From contig NC_059425.1 of assembly GCF_021028975.2 (NCBI RefSeq), positions 121,644,001 through 121,708,000 of the forward strand: 64,000 nucleotides of DNA. The letters are read 5' to 3'. Made by a program: the position numbers and the translations under genes. Under the pieces are notes generated by a model. It was not told the DNA's origin. It searched no databases and saw nothing but the letters and a program-made list of their open reading frames with translations. Shown piece by piece: positions 25,211 to 36,999 of this stretch; position 1 is the stretch's first letter; each line of letters starts with the position of its first letter. This DNA is from Sphaerodactylus townsendi. Its lineage: Eukaryota.

Positions 25211-26181
25211 ACTATAAATATGTTTTCCTCTTCTCCTTTCCCTTACACAACAGATTGTGTAACTCTAAAGAACAGGGAGACCTTCCAAAAATAAAATGGT
25301 GTTCAGGGGTATAGTAACCTTGTACCAACAAGTTTATAGTAAACAGGGATTAAATCTAAGATAAGGAGCGAAAGGGTACTGTTGTAATAAATTATGTGAT
25401 GCATAAATGAAGAAGATTCCTTTCTGAGGAGGGGAAAAGAGCATATAATTTAGTTATTTCATTTGATACACTCACCAGAAATAACCAATACTGGGGAATT
25501 ATCATTCAAGAGCTATGTGCCTGTTACAAAGGTCAAAATACAAACTTTTGTAAGCAAGCGAAACTTGTCTTGTTTGAAAATAAATCTTGAAAGACACTGA
25601 GAAAAAGATGTATTTGAAGTAGGCATGTATTGGGCCATGTTGGTGGTTTCTCTTGCTCACAAAACAAGAATGGTTGATAATTAAACTCCAGCAAATGTGC
25701 ATTTCATTTCTATCCTTTTGGAGGCAATGACAAAAGGACTTTAGATGCTGGATCTGGACCCAGAAGTGTACTCATATCCTAACCCACAGTATTTTATATA
25801 TGCACATATGTATGCATTTCAAATAATTATAGGCCGTATTGTCTAACCAACTAACTCTCAAAATGGCACAGAAAATAAAACACACAATTATAAAGTAAGT
25901 TACGATTTATGCCAAAAAGCCCTCCAGCAACCTAAGACTGCATCTGCAAAGAGGTGTGAAAATGTTCTCCTACTACAGCAACAGCAGAAGCAGCTAATGG
26001 GAAAGAAATGGATGAGAGCCATGTCTGTGTACCTGTTTGCAGACTGACTGCTGTTCTGTTGCCACCCCCCCAACACACACCTTTGCTCCCCCCCTTTTTC
26101 CCATTGTGGCTAGCCAAAAGCCCTCCAGTGGCCCAGAACACCCCTTTTCCTTTTCTTTCTTCCCTGAGCCATTCTATAAGG

Positions 26182-26291
26182 CAGGGGTGTCCAACTCTGC
26201 CGCTCCAGATGTTCATGGACTACAATTCCCAGTAGGACTGATGGGAATTGTAGTCCATGAACATCTGAAGTGCCAGAGTTGGACACCCCTG
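26182..26291. mobile_element. 110-bp hairpin MITE, terminus type CAGGGGTGTCCAACTC
   Basis: Palindromic; TSD CTATAAGG at 26174-26181 and, displaced by 13 nt, at 26305-26312. Confidence 0.9.
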
Positions 26292-27457
26292 CCTTATAGA
26301 ATGGCTATAAGGCTACAGTGCAACTTGACAAAGAAAGATTTTAAAATGTAGCTCCTTGGAGAAAGATTAAAGACGGGGAGTCAGGATGCCATCAACATGG
26401 AAGTAAATTCCACACTCTGTGTGTGTGTGTTGGGGTGTGTGGGTGGTGGTGGTGGAACCTAATGGCTTGAGTCACTCAGGAATATAGGATTCTCTATTAC
26501 TGGAGTTTCCCAACTGTCTTCAAAGGCAGTCCCCCATAAAGCTCTTTCCAGTAGTCCAAATGGAAACTTTAGAACTGAAGTACGGATGCCTAGCAGGTTG
26601 CCATGAGAAAGGATGCTCTCCAGCCACCTACTTACAAAGCCACTGCCTTTCCCATTGCAGTGCAGAGAAAGTAGCAGTCTCATGCTGCAAACCTGCTTCC
26701 TCAGGACTGTGCAGCCCCACTGAGAAAGGCCTCTTTGTTTCCAGATCAGCCTGCTGACAACCTGTCTTGTTTGAGTCCAATTTGCTAGCCCTCAATCATC
26801 CTGTAACAACCCCCCACCCCACCCCAGGTGTCCCCGCTGCTCTTAGATGATGTCATCCTCTCAGCCCAATCTACCTTGCAGTGCTGCTGTAGTGATAAGA
26901 TGTGATATCCCACCAGTGCCACCCCTGGCAAAAGGCAGGATTCAGACGTGACAAATGATTTCTAAAATAATGTCTCCACAAAGCTGCTATAGTATTTTAT
27001 CTTTTTGTGATTTTGAAGTGAAGCAAGGGTTGATATACCTATCCCTCTGTGAGTGGTACACATGTCATAAGTTTGGACAGTTTTCTTCAGTTCAGAATTA
27101 GGTCTTCTTCTGGCCACTTTCTGAACACGTGTAGGTAGAGTGGCTTCAAAGTTTTTCACACTGGCTGCGTTCAACCTGTTTCTTTCAGGGCTATCTTATA
27201 ACCAATTAACCTTATTGTAGATGGACTATTACCACAGCATTGAACTTCTCCTAACATTACCAGTGCTTTGGGAATGTTCTAACTACTTACTTGTATGAGT
27301 TAAGAATTCTAAAAATCTTAAACTGCTCAAGGCTGTTTATTTTTCAAATGGATAACAAGAACCAGCAGATAATATTTAAAAAGTAATTCTTGTTTAGTAT
27401 TTTTAATATGACCTTTAAAAGTTTCTTTTGTTCCCTTTCCTATTCTCATAGCAGAAC

Positions 27458-27629
27458 ATGACCAAGGCCAAAATTGCAGTTGTTGGTGCTGGGCTGATTG
27501 GCCTCTCCACGGCCGTGTGCATTTCAGACTCTATGCCAAACTGCTCTGTGACTGTAATTGCTGACAGATACACACCGAACACAACCAGTGATGTAGCAGC
27601 TGGTATGCTGATTCCACATGTTTTCCCAG
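27458..27629 (+). CDS. DDO: D-aspartate oxidase, first coding exon
   Basis: tagcag|AAC ATG; MTKAKIAVVGAGLIGLSTAVCIS...TTSDVAAGMLIPHVFP (GxGxxG FAD motif, His54); donor G|gtaagt; 172 nt, ends phase 1. Missed by the ORF track. Confidence 0.95.
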
Positions 27630-27844
27630 GTAAGTGAAAGTTTTATTTTAAAGTGCAGACTGCAAAGGTTGTGAGTTTTCAATATTTCTGTGCAACTTCC
27701 CTTCAAATGGTTTCCCAAAAGAAATAAGTGTGATCTTCAGGGCAGATTTCATGACATTAATTCAGCATGTGTTGAGCAGCAAGGTTGGGTAGTGGTTGGT
27801 GTTTATTTTCTATAACGAAAGATTGTGCTATCCAACTTCTAGAA

Positions 27845-27992
27845 CAGGGGTAGGGAACCTGCGGCTCTCCAGATGTTCAGGAACTACAATTCCCATCAGC
27901 CCCTACCAGCATGGCCAATTGGCCATGCTGACAGAGGCTGATGGGAATTGTAGTTCCTGAACATCTGGAGAGCCGCAGGCTCCCTACCCCTG
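27845..27992. mobile_element. 148-bp hairpin MITE, terminus type CAGGGGTAGGGAACC
   Basis: Near-perfect palindrome centred on ATGGCCAATTGGCCAT; perfect TSD TTCTAGAA. Confidence 0.93.
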
Positions 27993-28141
27993 TTCTAGAA
28001 GTTGCGCTATCCAACTTCTGTGTTGTGGTACCACATCCCTCATGGCAAACATAATTGATGCAGGTACACAGATTTGTGCCATTGTATTTGTCACACAGAG
28101 TATAAACTGACTGAAGTTTTTTTATTTGGAAGGCCTGTGTC

Positions 28142-28276
28142 CAGTAGTGGGATTCAAATAATTCAACAACCAGTTCCGGTGGTGGGTTTCAAATAATTTA
28201 ACAACTGGTTGTTTACAAGCACTATTTTAACATTGGTTCTGCCGAAGTGGTGAGAACCTTCTGAATCCCACCACTG
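28142..28276 (+). mobile_element. 135-bp non-autonomous hAT (CAGTGGTGGGATTC-type TIR) with internally duplicated 5' end
   Basis: CAGTAGTGGGATTCA...TGAATCCCACCACTG; perfect TSD CCTGTGTC. Confidence 0.88.
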
Positions 28277-28285
28277 CCTGTGTCC

Positions 28286-28343
28286 CATTCCCATATATGA
28301 TCTCATTCCCATATATGATCTCATTCCCATATATGATCTCATT
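28286..28343 (+). repeat. 18-bp minisatellite (CATTCCCATATATGATCT)x3
   Basis: Three identical units. Confidence 0.9.
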
Positions 28344-29452
28344 ACTCTGCAGTGAAGAGAATCTGTTCTGTACATGGCAAGAGACACTGGCCTTCATACA
28401 AACATATTCTGAAGATAAAGGGTACTTGTTTTCTTGGAGAGGGTGGCAATTTAAGTAAATTCCTCCTTCCACTGTAGATCCCAACCAAGCAATTCCTGGG
28501 GGTCCACTGACCACCCTATTGGACAGAATTTCAGAGGGCCCAGCAGCGGAAGCAGAGAATCAGTCAAAATCACCACCTCCTCTTAAGAAGATATATGTAC
28601 GCTTAAGTCATTGGAACTGCTAATTCTTGATGTATTGCATTCTGCTTGTGTGTGTGTAAGAGAGAGAGCGGGGTGATTTTCAGAAAACACAAACCAATTG
28701 CCCATATTGCTTGTTCAATTCCACCCTCTCCCAAAAATGTCGGGAAGTTGTATTTTGCAACAGGGCTCTAACATGTAACAAAACAAACATGTAACAAAAA
28801 TGAACGAATAATGTTTATGTGTGTACGAGCATTTTGCCTAGTACTTATGAAGATGAAATTTTGTGTGCCCTCAACCTAAGCCCTCTGTGAAGTCCTCAGG
28901 GCCAGAGGCTGCGCCCCCCTGTGGTGGGGCCACCTTTTCCCACATTGTCACATAGGAGGCAATGCACCAGAACAGTGAAACTGGTATTTTAACTCCTGGA
29001 TTCCTTTACGTTGCCAACTGCAGAAGTTAGTGGCCACCAAGTGGCTTAGCCATCTCAAGCTTCCTCAACTCCAGAGGTTTACACCGCACTGCCAGGGCCA
29101 TTTTCCCCACCTGGGTCCTTCCCCCCAGGTCCTGCCAGTCCTGCTTTGGCTGCTGCACCCACCCTCCAGCGTTAAGCTGGGGATAGCCATCAGCCGGGGT
29201 CAGGTGTGAAAAGTTCTTCCTGGCTACTCCTGGAACCAGGAATGTTGCTTACTTTGCAGAAGGTGTGGCCCTTTCCTGCTTGTAAGGGCCCCAAGACTGC
29301 CTGCCTACAGCCCCCTCTCAGCCTTCACTCAGCTCCCTCAGCTGGGGCCATTCATCCTCCTTTCTCTGGCCATTCCTAGTTCCTATTTCTCTGCTCAATC
29401 TCTTGAATAAACCTTTTCTCTCAAGGTGGTTTTTACCTCTTATCCCCAAGAA

Positions 29453-29701
29453 GGAGCAGCAGTGGCATAGGAGGTTAAGAGCTCGCGTATCTAATCTGGA
29501 GGAACCGGGTTTGATTCCCAGCTCTGCCGCCTGAGCTGTGGAGGCTTATCTGGGGAATTTAGATTAGCCTGTGCACTCCCACACACACCAGCTGGGTGAC
29601 CTTGGACTAGTCACAGCTTCTCTGAGCTCTCTCAGCCCCACCTACCTCACAGGGTGTTTGTTGTGAGGGGGGAAGGGCAAGGAGATTGTAAGCCCCTTTG
29701 A
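29453..29701 (+). mobile_element. tRNA-derived SINE (Squam3-like)
   Basis: A-box-like TGGCATAGGAGG, B-box-like GGTTTGATTCC, GCTGGGTGACCTTGG..AGTCAC body, L2-like tail ATTGTAAGCCCCTTTGA (locally duplicated). Confidence 0.85.
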
Positions 29702-31401
29702 TCATTGTAAGCCCCTTTGATCATGCATTGCCCAGGGGAGTGCTGCCATCCAAGGGAGGGAATTCCATAAGTAGCTGAGCTCGGGTGTGTAGGAACTGGG
29801 CACCCCAGCTCCTGGCCATGTGCTACCCTGCAACATGCTGCCCAAGAGAATGCCACTGTGCCATCCATGTGCCCTACCAACCTGGTCCCGCTGCTGCAGA
29901 TGAACCACAAGTGTGTGTGTGTGTGTGGGGGGGGGGATTAGTCCATAAGTAACCGGGCTGGGGCAGTAGTGAACCAGGCGCCCCAGCATTGTAACAGCAG
30001 CAAAGTGCAGCCCTCGGCCAGAGGGCAGGAGCTGGGCAGAGACAACTTCAATCACATCAGCTGCTGGAGCTGGGAAATACACTTTGCACCCACTCAGGAA
30101 CTCTTCTGCCAGGGTCTTGCACAGACCAGTTCTGGAATCGGATGCCCCCTGTGCTTGCTCTGGAGCTGTGCCTTTTGTTCTTAGTACAAAAGTAGCAGGA
30201 GCAGTGGGACTCCTACTGCAGGAGGCTGGAGAGTAGCTGGTATTCCATCTGCCCCTCCCTGAGGGGTGCATTTTTTGGAAGGGGGCACAATTTCAGTACA
30301 TGCTGCAGGAGCCATTTTATACAGGTCTGCCACTAGCTATTGCTGCCCCGCCTGGCCCGTTTTTCCAGCCCTACCTCTGGGCTACTGCATTCCTTAGGGC
30401 TGTGCTCTGCCTCTTGTCCCCCAGGGAAGAAGCCCTGGGTTGTGACACTCTCACTCTCTTTCACGTGCAGGTATGAAGCTGCCTTGCACTGAGTTGGACC
30501 AAAGGGGCCGTCTAGCTCAGTGTTGTCCACACCAACTGGCAGCATCTCTTCTGTGTCTCTGGAAGAAAAAAACCCTTCCCAACACCTGAGTTCTTTACCC
30601 ATCACACCCCCCCCCCTTCCTTTCCATGGGAGCAATTTAGAAGGTTGTCACTGGACTGCATCCCAGATGAGGAGCCGCAATATCAACTTCCCTTTGTTTG
30701 CTGTCTTAAGTCAGTGCTAAACTTTCATCCTTGATCAATTGGTTGGTTGTTAGGTAATACCAGAGACAACATGTCATGGGTGTAGGGTTGGGGAGACATT
30801 TCTGGAGCAGTTCTCCCACAAGAGAACTTGGTAGTACTTCTGTGAAAAAAAATGTGACATGCTTTAAATACACTGTTCTCTTTCCAAACATTAAGGTGAT
30901 TGTCTTGCATTTGTAAAAGCCTTGGATTCAGTTAAATCTGGTAGATGTTATACTTCCAGCCAGTCTGTGAACTATTTGTCTGCCGTCTGTAAGACTATCA
31001 GGATGGGGATGATCTTTGCAAACTGTGCTCATAGTGCCTCTTTCTGTGCCTCAACTGCTACAATCCAAGATCTTGCTCTTATTCCGGATTCTGCTTGTAC
31101 TCTTGACTGTGTAATTAAACCTTTTATCAGAATCAATTAAAGCCACTTTTGAAGATAGGCAGTACATTTATAGGGGGAAGAGGCCATCATATTGAGCTAC
31201 ATGCACCTACAAATATCACCTTCACTGGCTTGTATCTGAATACTGAAATACAAAATCATTGATTTCAATGCAACCAATTTTACAATGATACAACTTTTCT
31301 CATGTGGAATATTAATGTGTGTTGTTTTGAATGTCTTTGTTTTCCTACAGGTTCCAGTACTGGATAACTTTTTTATTTCAAATTTGATTCTTTGTGTGCA
31401 G

Positions 31402-31510
31402 GCGTGCCAGTTCATCAACAGAAGCAGTGGTTTAGGGAGACCTTTGACTACCTTTCAGGAATCTGTAATTCCTCTCAGGCTTCAGAGGCTGGGATTCATT
31501 TGGTATCTGG
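31402..31510 (+). CDS. DDO: DDO coding exon (109 bp)
   Basis: gtgtgcag|GC GTG CCA...TCT GG|gtaagg; GVPVHQQKQWFRETFDYLSGICNSSQASEAGIHLVSG; phase 1-2. Confidence 0.95.
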
Positions 31511-31857
31511 GTAAGGAAGGAGCTCATTGAAGGTTTCATTCCAATATTCCTACTGGAACCAGAGTAATAGGCAGGCAGACGATGTAGCAACCTTGCTGAA
31601 CCTGAGTGGGACCTGCATCTCATCTGTGTGTAGGAGGGAAACTACCAGGAACCCTGTGAATGCTGACTAGGACTCCCTTGATGACAGGCACTCTATAAAT
31701 GTAATACAGACATACTTTGGAATAGTACCTTATGACTATATTAAGAAGATGAAGGGAAAAGAAACACAAGCAAAGCCAAGTAGGGGCTAGTAAGACAAGG
31801 GTAACATCCCACTGATTCATCTGTGTTGCATTTTATTTATTTATGGCAACCCTGTAG

Positions 31858-32135
31858 GGTTTGCCATTGCTTGCCTCTGCATCATGACCCTGGTATTCCT
31901 TGGGGGTCTCTTATCCAAATACTGCTTAGTTTCTGAGATCTGAAGAAATCAGGTTAGCCTGGACCAGGGGTCTGCAACCTGGAGCTCTCCAGATGTTCAT
32001 GGACTACAATTCCCATCAGCCCCTGCCAGCATGGCCAATTGGCTATGCTGGCAGGAGCTGATTGTAATTGTAGTCCACAAACATCTGGAGAGCCACAGGT
32101 TGCAGATCCCTGGCCTGGACCATCCAGGTCAGGGC
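31858..32135 (-). mobile_element. 5S rRNA-derived SINE (5S-Sauria-like), interrupted by a MITE
   Basis: Minus strand CAGATCTCAGAAACTAAGCAG..TATTTGGATAAGAGACC..GGAATACCAGGG resembles the 5S internal control region; tail GCAATGGCAAACC. Confidence 0.75.
31965..32112. mobile_element. 148-bp hairpin MITE, terminus type CAGGGGTCTGCAACC
   Basis: Palindromic; perfect TSD GCCTGGAC; nested in the 5S-derived SINE. Confidence 0.93.
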
Positions 32136-32692
32136 ATTCAGAAGACAACTGTGGTTAAGTTGATATTGGGCTCACACACCAACCCAGGTCCTCCCAGACC
32201 CCCCTCCCAATTAGAAGCTTACTCCAGATATATATGATGTATAAACTGGTGTATTTGGGTTAGTCCCTCCCATTAACTGTGAATGCAAACCTAGATTAAA
32301 CTCTCTTGTCGACTTCTGGCTAGTATGGGGAAAAACTAACTCCAGGGAACCTAGGCATCTACATTCATCCATCATGGTTGCTAGAGTTAGTTCCAGCTTG
32401 AGATTCTTTCATTGTACTCCATGCAAGTAGGAAGGGGGACAGGAAGAAAGTTTGAGCTGCCTGTTTAAGCTGGGAACAAGCCAATTTTGTACACTCTGTA
32501 CACATAATTAATTAGGTTTGCCATCGAAATGCAGCCTTATAGTATGACCTGCATTTCTCAAATAAGCACATCTTTTCTCCCCTTATAATACAGGCTTATG
32601 ATCAGCAACCTGCTTGTTATTGGGACAAGTCTATTCAGGGTGGCTCCAGGGCTGTTGTTTTTCCCCTTGAGTCCTCAGGTAAAGGCCTAGAG

Positions 32693-32831
32693 CAGTGGTG
32701 GTGAACCTCTGGCACTCCAGATGTTCATGGACTACAATTCCCATCAGCCCCTGCCAATTGGCCATGCTGGCAGGGGCTGATGGGAGTTGTAGTCCACAAA
32801 CATCTGGAGTGCCATAGGTTTGCCACCACTG
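32693..32831. mobile_element. 139-bp hairpin MITE, terminus type CAGTGGTGGCGAACCTATGGCAC
   Basis: Palindromic; perfect TSD GCCTAGAG. Confidence 0.93.
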
Positions 32832-33352
32832 GCCTAGAGTATGCTTTTGAGCGCTAGCTAAAATCAAAGTGAAAGGCCAAGAGTGTATTTGTGTGTATTT
32901 GCATTCACTGAACTCTGTCCTGTGGACACTTTTGTATTTGCATTGCCCAACTAGCCCTTCTTCTGGCTATAAATTGACTCTGAATATACAACGAAATAGA
33001 ATAAATTGGTGCATAAGTTGATATAAAGCAGAAGCTGTTTAATACCAATGTATGTACAAAGCTCCAAAAGGCTCCACTGTATATATGGAGTTACCAGCTG
33101 CCCTGTTCCCTTCAATACCAGGAAACTCACTATGTATTCAATACATTATAAAACTCCGTGTTTATCATCACTAGGGCAAACAACAGGAAACAGCCCTATT
33201 TTTGTGCTTTGACTGCTGTGTAACCTATGACATGGTTTGGATATACTACTAAATTAGTTCCTAGATTATATTTTCAAATCTGGGAAGAAAATTTAACACA
33301 GTGAAATGCTTACTGTGTTTTGTATATAATTGTTCTTTTCTGTGTCTGTGAG

Positions 33353-33529
33353 CTGGCAGATCTTTAAAACTGTTCCTGAGGAGAAGACACCATACTGGTC
33401 TGATGTTGTTCTGGGGTTTCGCTCAATGACTGAAAAAGAGATGAAGAAATTTCCACAGCATAAATTTGGTCAAGCCTTTACTACACTCAAATGTGACTGC
33501 CCACCCTTCCTGCACTGGTTAGAGAAAAG
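33353..33529 (+). CDS. DDO: DDO coding exon (177 bp, phase 2-2, GAG acceptor)
   Basis: tctgtgag|C TGG CAG ATC...GAG AAA AG|gtatgt; WQIFKTVPEEKTPYWSDVVLGFRSMTEKEMKKFPQHKFGQAFTTLKCDCPPFLHWLEKR. Confidence 0.93.
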
Positions 33530-33759
33530 GTATGTATGCTTTGATGAATACCTTACTATATTTTGATAATCCAACAGGAAAGTCCCTTATTCCTGCTTTT
33601 TAAACAGATTTCCTTTCTATGCATAAAAATCAATCTTAGTTTCCAACTACGATCACTCCATGTTGGAAGGGCTACATCAACCTCCAAAACTTAAGTCAGC
33701 CTGCTGGGGCGACATGATCACACTTTCCCCCTTGTCTTCACACCATGACTCTCAGTGGC

Positions 33760-35390
33760 TTTCAGTACCATAACGATCATGCTATCCGTCTGGACTGCCT
33801 TTCCAGGCTGGGACTGAGCAGCACCATTTTACAGTGGTTTGGTCCTACAGTGGTAGCTCGGTTATCATTGACTTTGGTTTTCGTCCGTTTCAGTTTTCGT
33901 CTACTTTTTCTGGGCAAAATTTGTCTCGGTTTTCGTGGATTGCCTTGGTTTTCATCGCTCGCTCGCTCGCTCCCTCCTGTTTTCAGGGGAAGTCACCCAA
34001 GCGAAAGGAAGGTTTCCCCGTCCTTCCTTTTGCTCCCTCTGCCCTCCCAGCTGGGATTCCTCAAACCCCAGCCGGGAGGCAGCGGGAGCTCCTTATTTGG
34101 GCAGTGACATCAGTATCACTGCCCAAATAAGGAGCTTCCTCTGCCTCCCGGCTGGGGTTTGAGGAAGCCAATTAATCCATTCGAGGCACTTTTTGGAGTG
34201 CCTCGAACAGATTAATTGGATTTCCATTGATTCCTATGGGAAATGGTGCCTCGATTTTCGCCGATTTTGGTTTTCATCGATTCCTTTCAGATGAATTATC
34301 GACGAAAACCGAGGTATCACTGTACTTGGAGGGTGAATTTCAGAAGATGGTGATGGGGTATTGATGCTCAGCACCTTGACTTTTGGCCTATGTAGTCCTG
34401 CCCGGCTCCATCTTTTCAACATATACAGGTACATGAAACTGCTGGATAAGGTCATCTGGAGATTTGGGCTGGGTTCTCTCCAATACACAGATGGTTAGTT
34501 CCATCTCACATTTCTAGCCAATTCTAGAGAGGCTATAGAAACCATTTCTGGAGGCAGTTTTGGAGTGGATGTGGACTAATTAACTGAAGCTTAAACCAAC
34601 AAGATGGAAGTGCTACTGGTGAGTGGAAAGTCTGACACAGGGCTTAAGATGTCTCCTGCTCTGGATGAGGTTATGCTCCCTTTGAAGGAATAAGTTCATT
34701 GTGCCTTTTACAATTTTTGATTGGTTAGTCATCTGTGGCCTTGCATAGACAGGAAATATCTGATCATTGTGGTACATGCCCTGGTAATATCTATATTAGG
34801 TTACTGCTATTCACTCTCTGTGGGCTGCCTTCAGAAACTTCAGTTAGTGCAGAATGCTGCAGCCAGGTGTTGACTGGAATGGATTGTAGAGATCATATCA
34901 CCTCAATCTTGGCCCATCAACTCTACCCAGTTTGTTTCTGGGCACAATTCAAGGTGCTGATGTTGACCTTCAAAGTCCTGTATGATTTGGGATTACGATG
35001 CTTGAAAGACCACCTACTTCATTACAAACTAACCTGACTGCTGTGGTCATCTTCAAAGACCCAGCGTTGGATGCCCTTGCCTTCTGAGATTAGGGCCTTC
35101 TCAGTCGTGGCATCGAGACTCTGAAACTCTCTCCTCAGAGAGACTCACCTGTATCCTTCTGCTGTCATCTTCCATCAGTAGGTGAAGACTTTTTTGTTTC
35201 ACTCAGTGTTCCCGCAATGATCCTTCCTTCCTCACTCATGTTTTAAATGTTTTAATAGCTATATTTTAGCTTGTTTTTAATGTTTTTATTGATGTTTTTG
35301 TTTGGTTTTAACGATTTTTAAATCTATTGGCTTTCTTGGTGGCCCTGATGATGGCAGAAAGGTGGGGTTTAAGTTTTGTAAATAAATAAT
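33760..35390 (+). mobile_element. Degenerate L2 LINE fragment, interrupted by a Tigger-like MITE
   Basis: Remnants DHAIRLD..LGLSSTILQWF and DHITSILAHQL.PV.FWAQFKVLMLTFKVLYDLG; AT-rich tail ending AAATAAATAA. Confidence 0.75.
33848..34322. mobile_element. 475-bp Tc1/mariner (Tigger/pogo-like) non-autonomous element
   Basis: TA|CAGTGGTAGCTCGGTT...AACCGAGGTATCACTG|TA; TA TSD; subterminal GGTTTTCGT repeats. Confidence 0.88.
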
Positions 35391-36810
35391 GCATTTTAAT
35401 TCCTAAACACGTCTGTTTGAATTGGTTTATTTGTCACAGCTTCTCCATTAGCTTGAAACTTTTCATCTAGAGCTTTTCAGTTCCCTTACAGAACAATAGT
35501 TCTCAAAGTTCTTTGAATAGAATTAATGACAATAAACAAGTTTGAAGTTAGTTATTTGAGACTGTTGTAGGCTGAAACATGGCCATAGTTTAGCCTAGCA
35601 TGCCCACTGATGGTGAGTTAGATTTTCCAAGTGCACCTGCAGAAGTGGATCTCCTCAGCCTTCTCTCAGTAGGTCCCTTAAATGCCTAAAAAGTATGCAG
35701 TTGGGAAAGCCTTATGGATAAAATACCATGCAGCATGATGGGCTGCAATGAGGAGAGAGAATCAGGTGAGATATCTGTCTCCATTTTTTCTGTTTGAGGA
35801 AGCTCAGCAGAACAGACTTTCCACTTGTGTAACTGTAATGCTTTCGCCCAGTTCACCCTCTTTACTGCTGCCCACCTCCTTCCCCATGCTATGTAGCATT
35901 TTGTTTGTAAAGCACCCACAGCCTCCAGCATTGGCTTTTCAGAGGTCACAGTGGGCTACTGCAGGAAGGAGAAGACAGGAAAGATCTGCCTCCACAAGCA
36001 CTGTTGGTTTGTAAGACCCAACCATCCTGTATGCATCTCCTATATTGGATGGTGGTCTTCAGTTTTCAAGGTATATTTGGTCTGAATCCTCAATCTCAGA
36101 TATGTTTGAATCTGATCTTGCGGATGAAAATTCTGATGAGAAAATGGAATGTTATAATTGCTGGTGTGATTATTTAACTGAGCATTTGTAGAATATCTGG
36201 CTAGGTACAATCTGATCAAATCTGATTTGGTCTAGTCTGGAAATGCTTTATTCACACTGGTCTTTCATTAAACTTCTCAAAGAAGATAGCCCTTTCTAGT
36301 TTTTATTGGGCTGCATTCAGATTTTGTCTGCATTTCTGCATCGTCTGAATCGGTTTAGATGGTGGCAGAGCCTTCCTCCAATTGCAGGCAGCCTTTGACT
36401 GGTCCTCTTGTGGTGGAAGAGGCATGTCCTTGAAAGGTTCTGCTGCTAGCAAAACAGATACTAAGATCCAACCCCTAATAATTCATAAAAACATAACTAT
36501 CTGTTAACTGACTTGTTGGATTAGACCAAAATCTGTCAAGCCCAACATGATTTCCAGAAGCAACCAGTCAGATGTTTTTGGTTATGAAGGTGATGGCAGT
36601 CTCCTGTTGTTTGCCCTCAGCACCTGAGAGGTATACTACCTCAATAAATGGAAGTTCTCTTTAGCTGTTGTGGTTAGTAGCCTTGATAAAAAATATCTTC
36701 CACATATTTGTCTGATCTTTTTTCAAAACAATCTAAGCTAGTAGCCCTTACTGCACCTTGTAGTAGAGAATCACATGTTATGTATGCTTAATACTATCAT
36801 TAGTCTTGAA

Positions 36811-36925
36811 CAGGGGTAGGGAACCTGCGGCTCTCCAGATGTTCAGGAACTACAATTCCCATCAGCCCCTACCAGCATGGCCAATTGGCCATGCTGACAG
36901 AGGCTGATGGGAATTGTAGTTCCTG
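36811..36925. mobile_element. Truncated hairpin MITE identical to 27845-27959
   Basis: 115 nt identical to the 27845 copy; right end and TSD missing. Confidence 0.9.
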
Positions 36926-36999
36926 GTTTATCGGAAAAGCCGCAGTCTGATAATCTGCTCACTTTAGTGGATGATGCCATTTTCTGGCATTTTGAGTTG

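Noticed and set aside
27449-27454. TAGCAG tandem acceptor at the DDO ATG exon
   Set aside because: Common NAGNAG in the 5'UTR with no protein effect.
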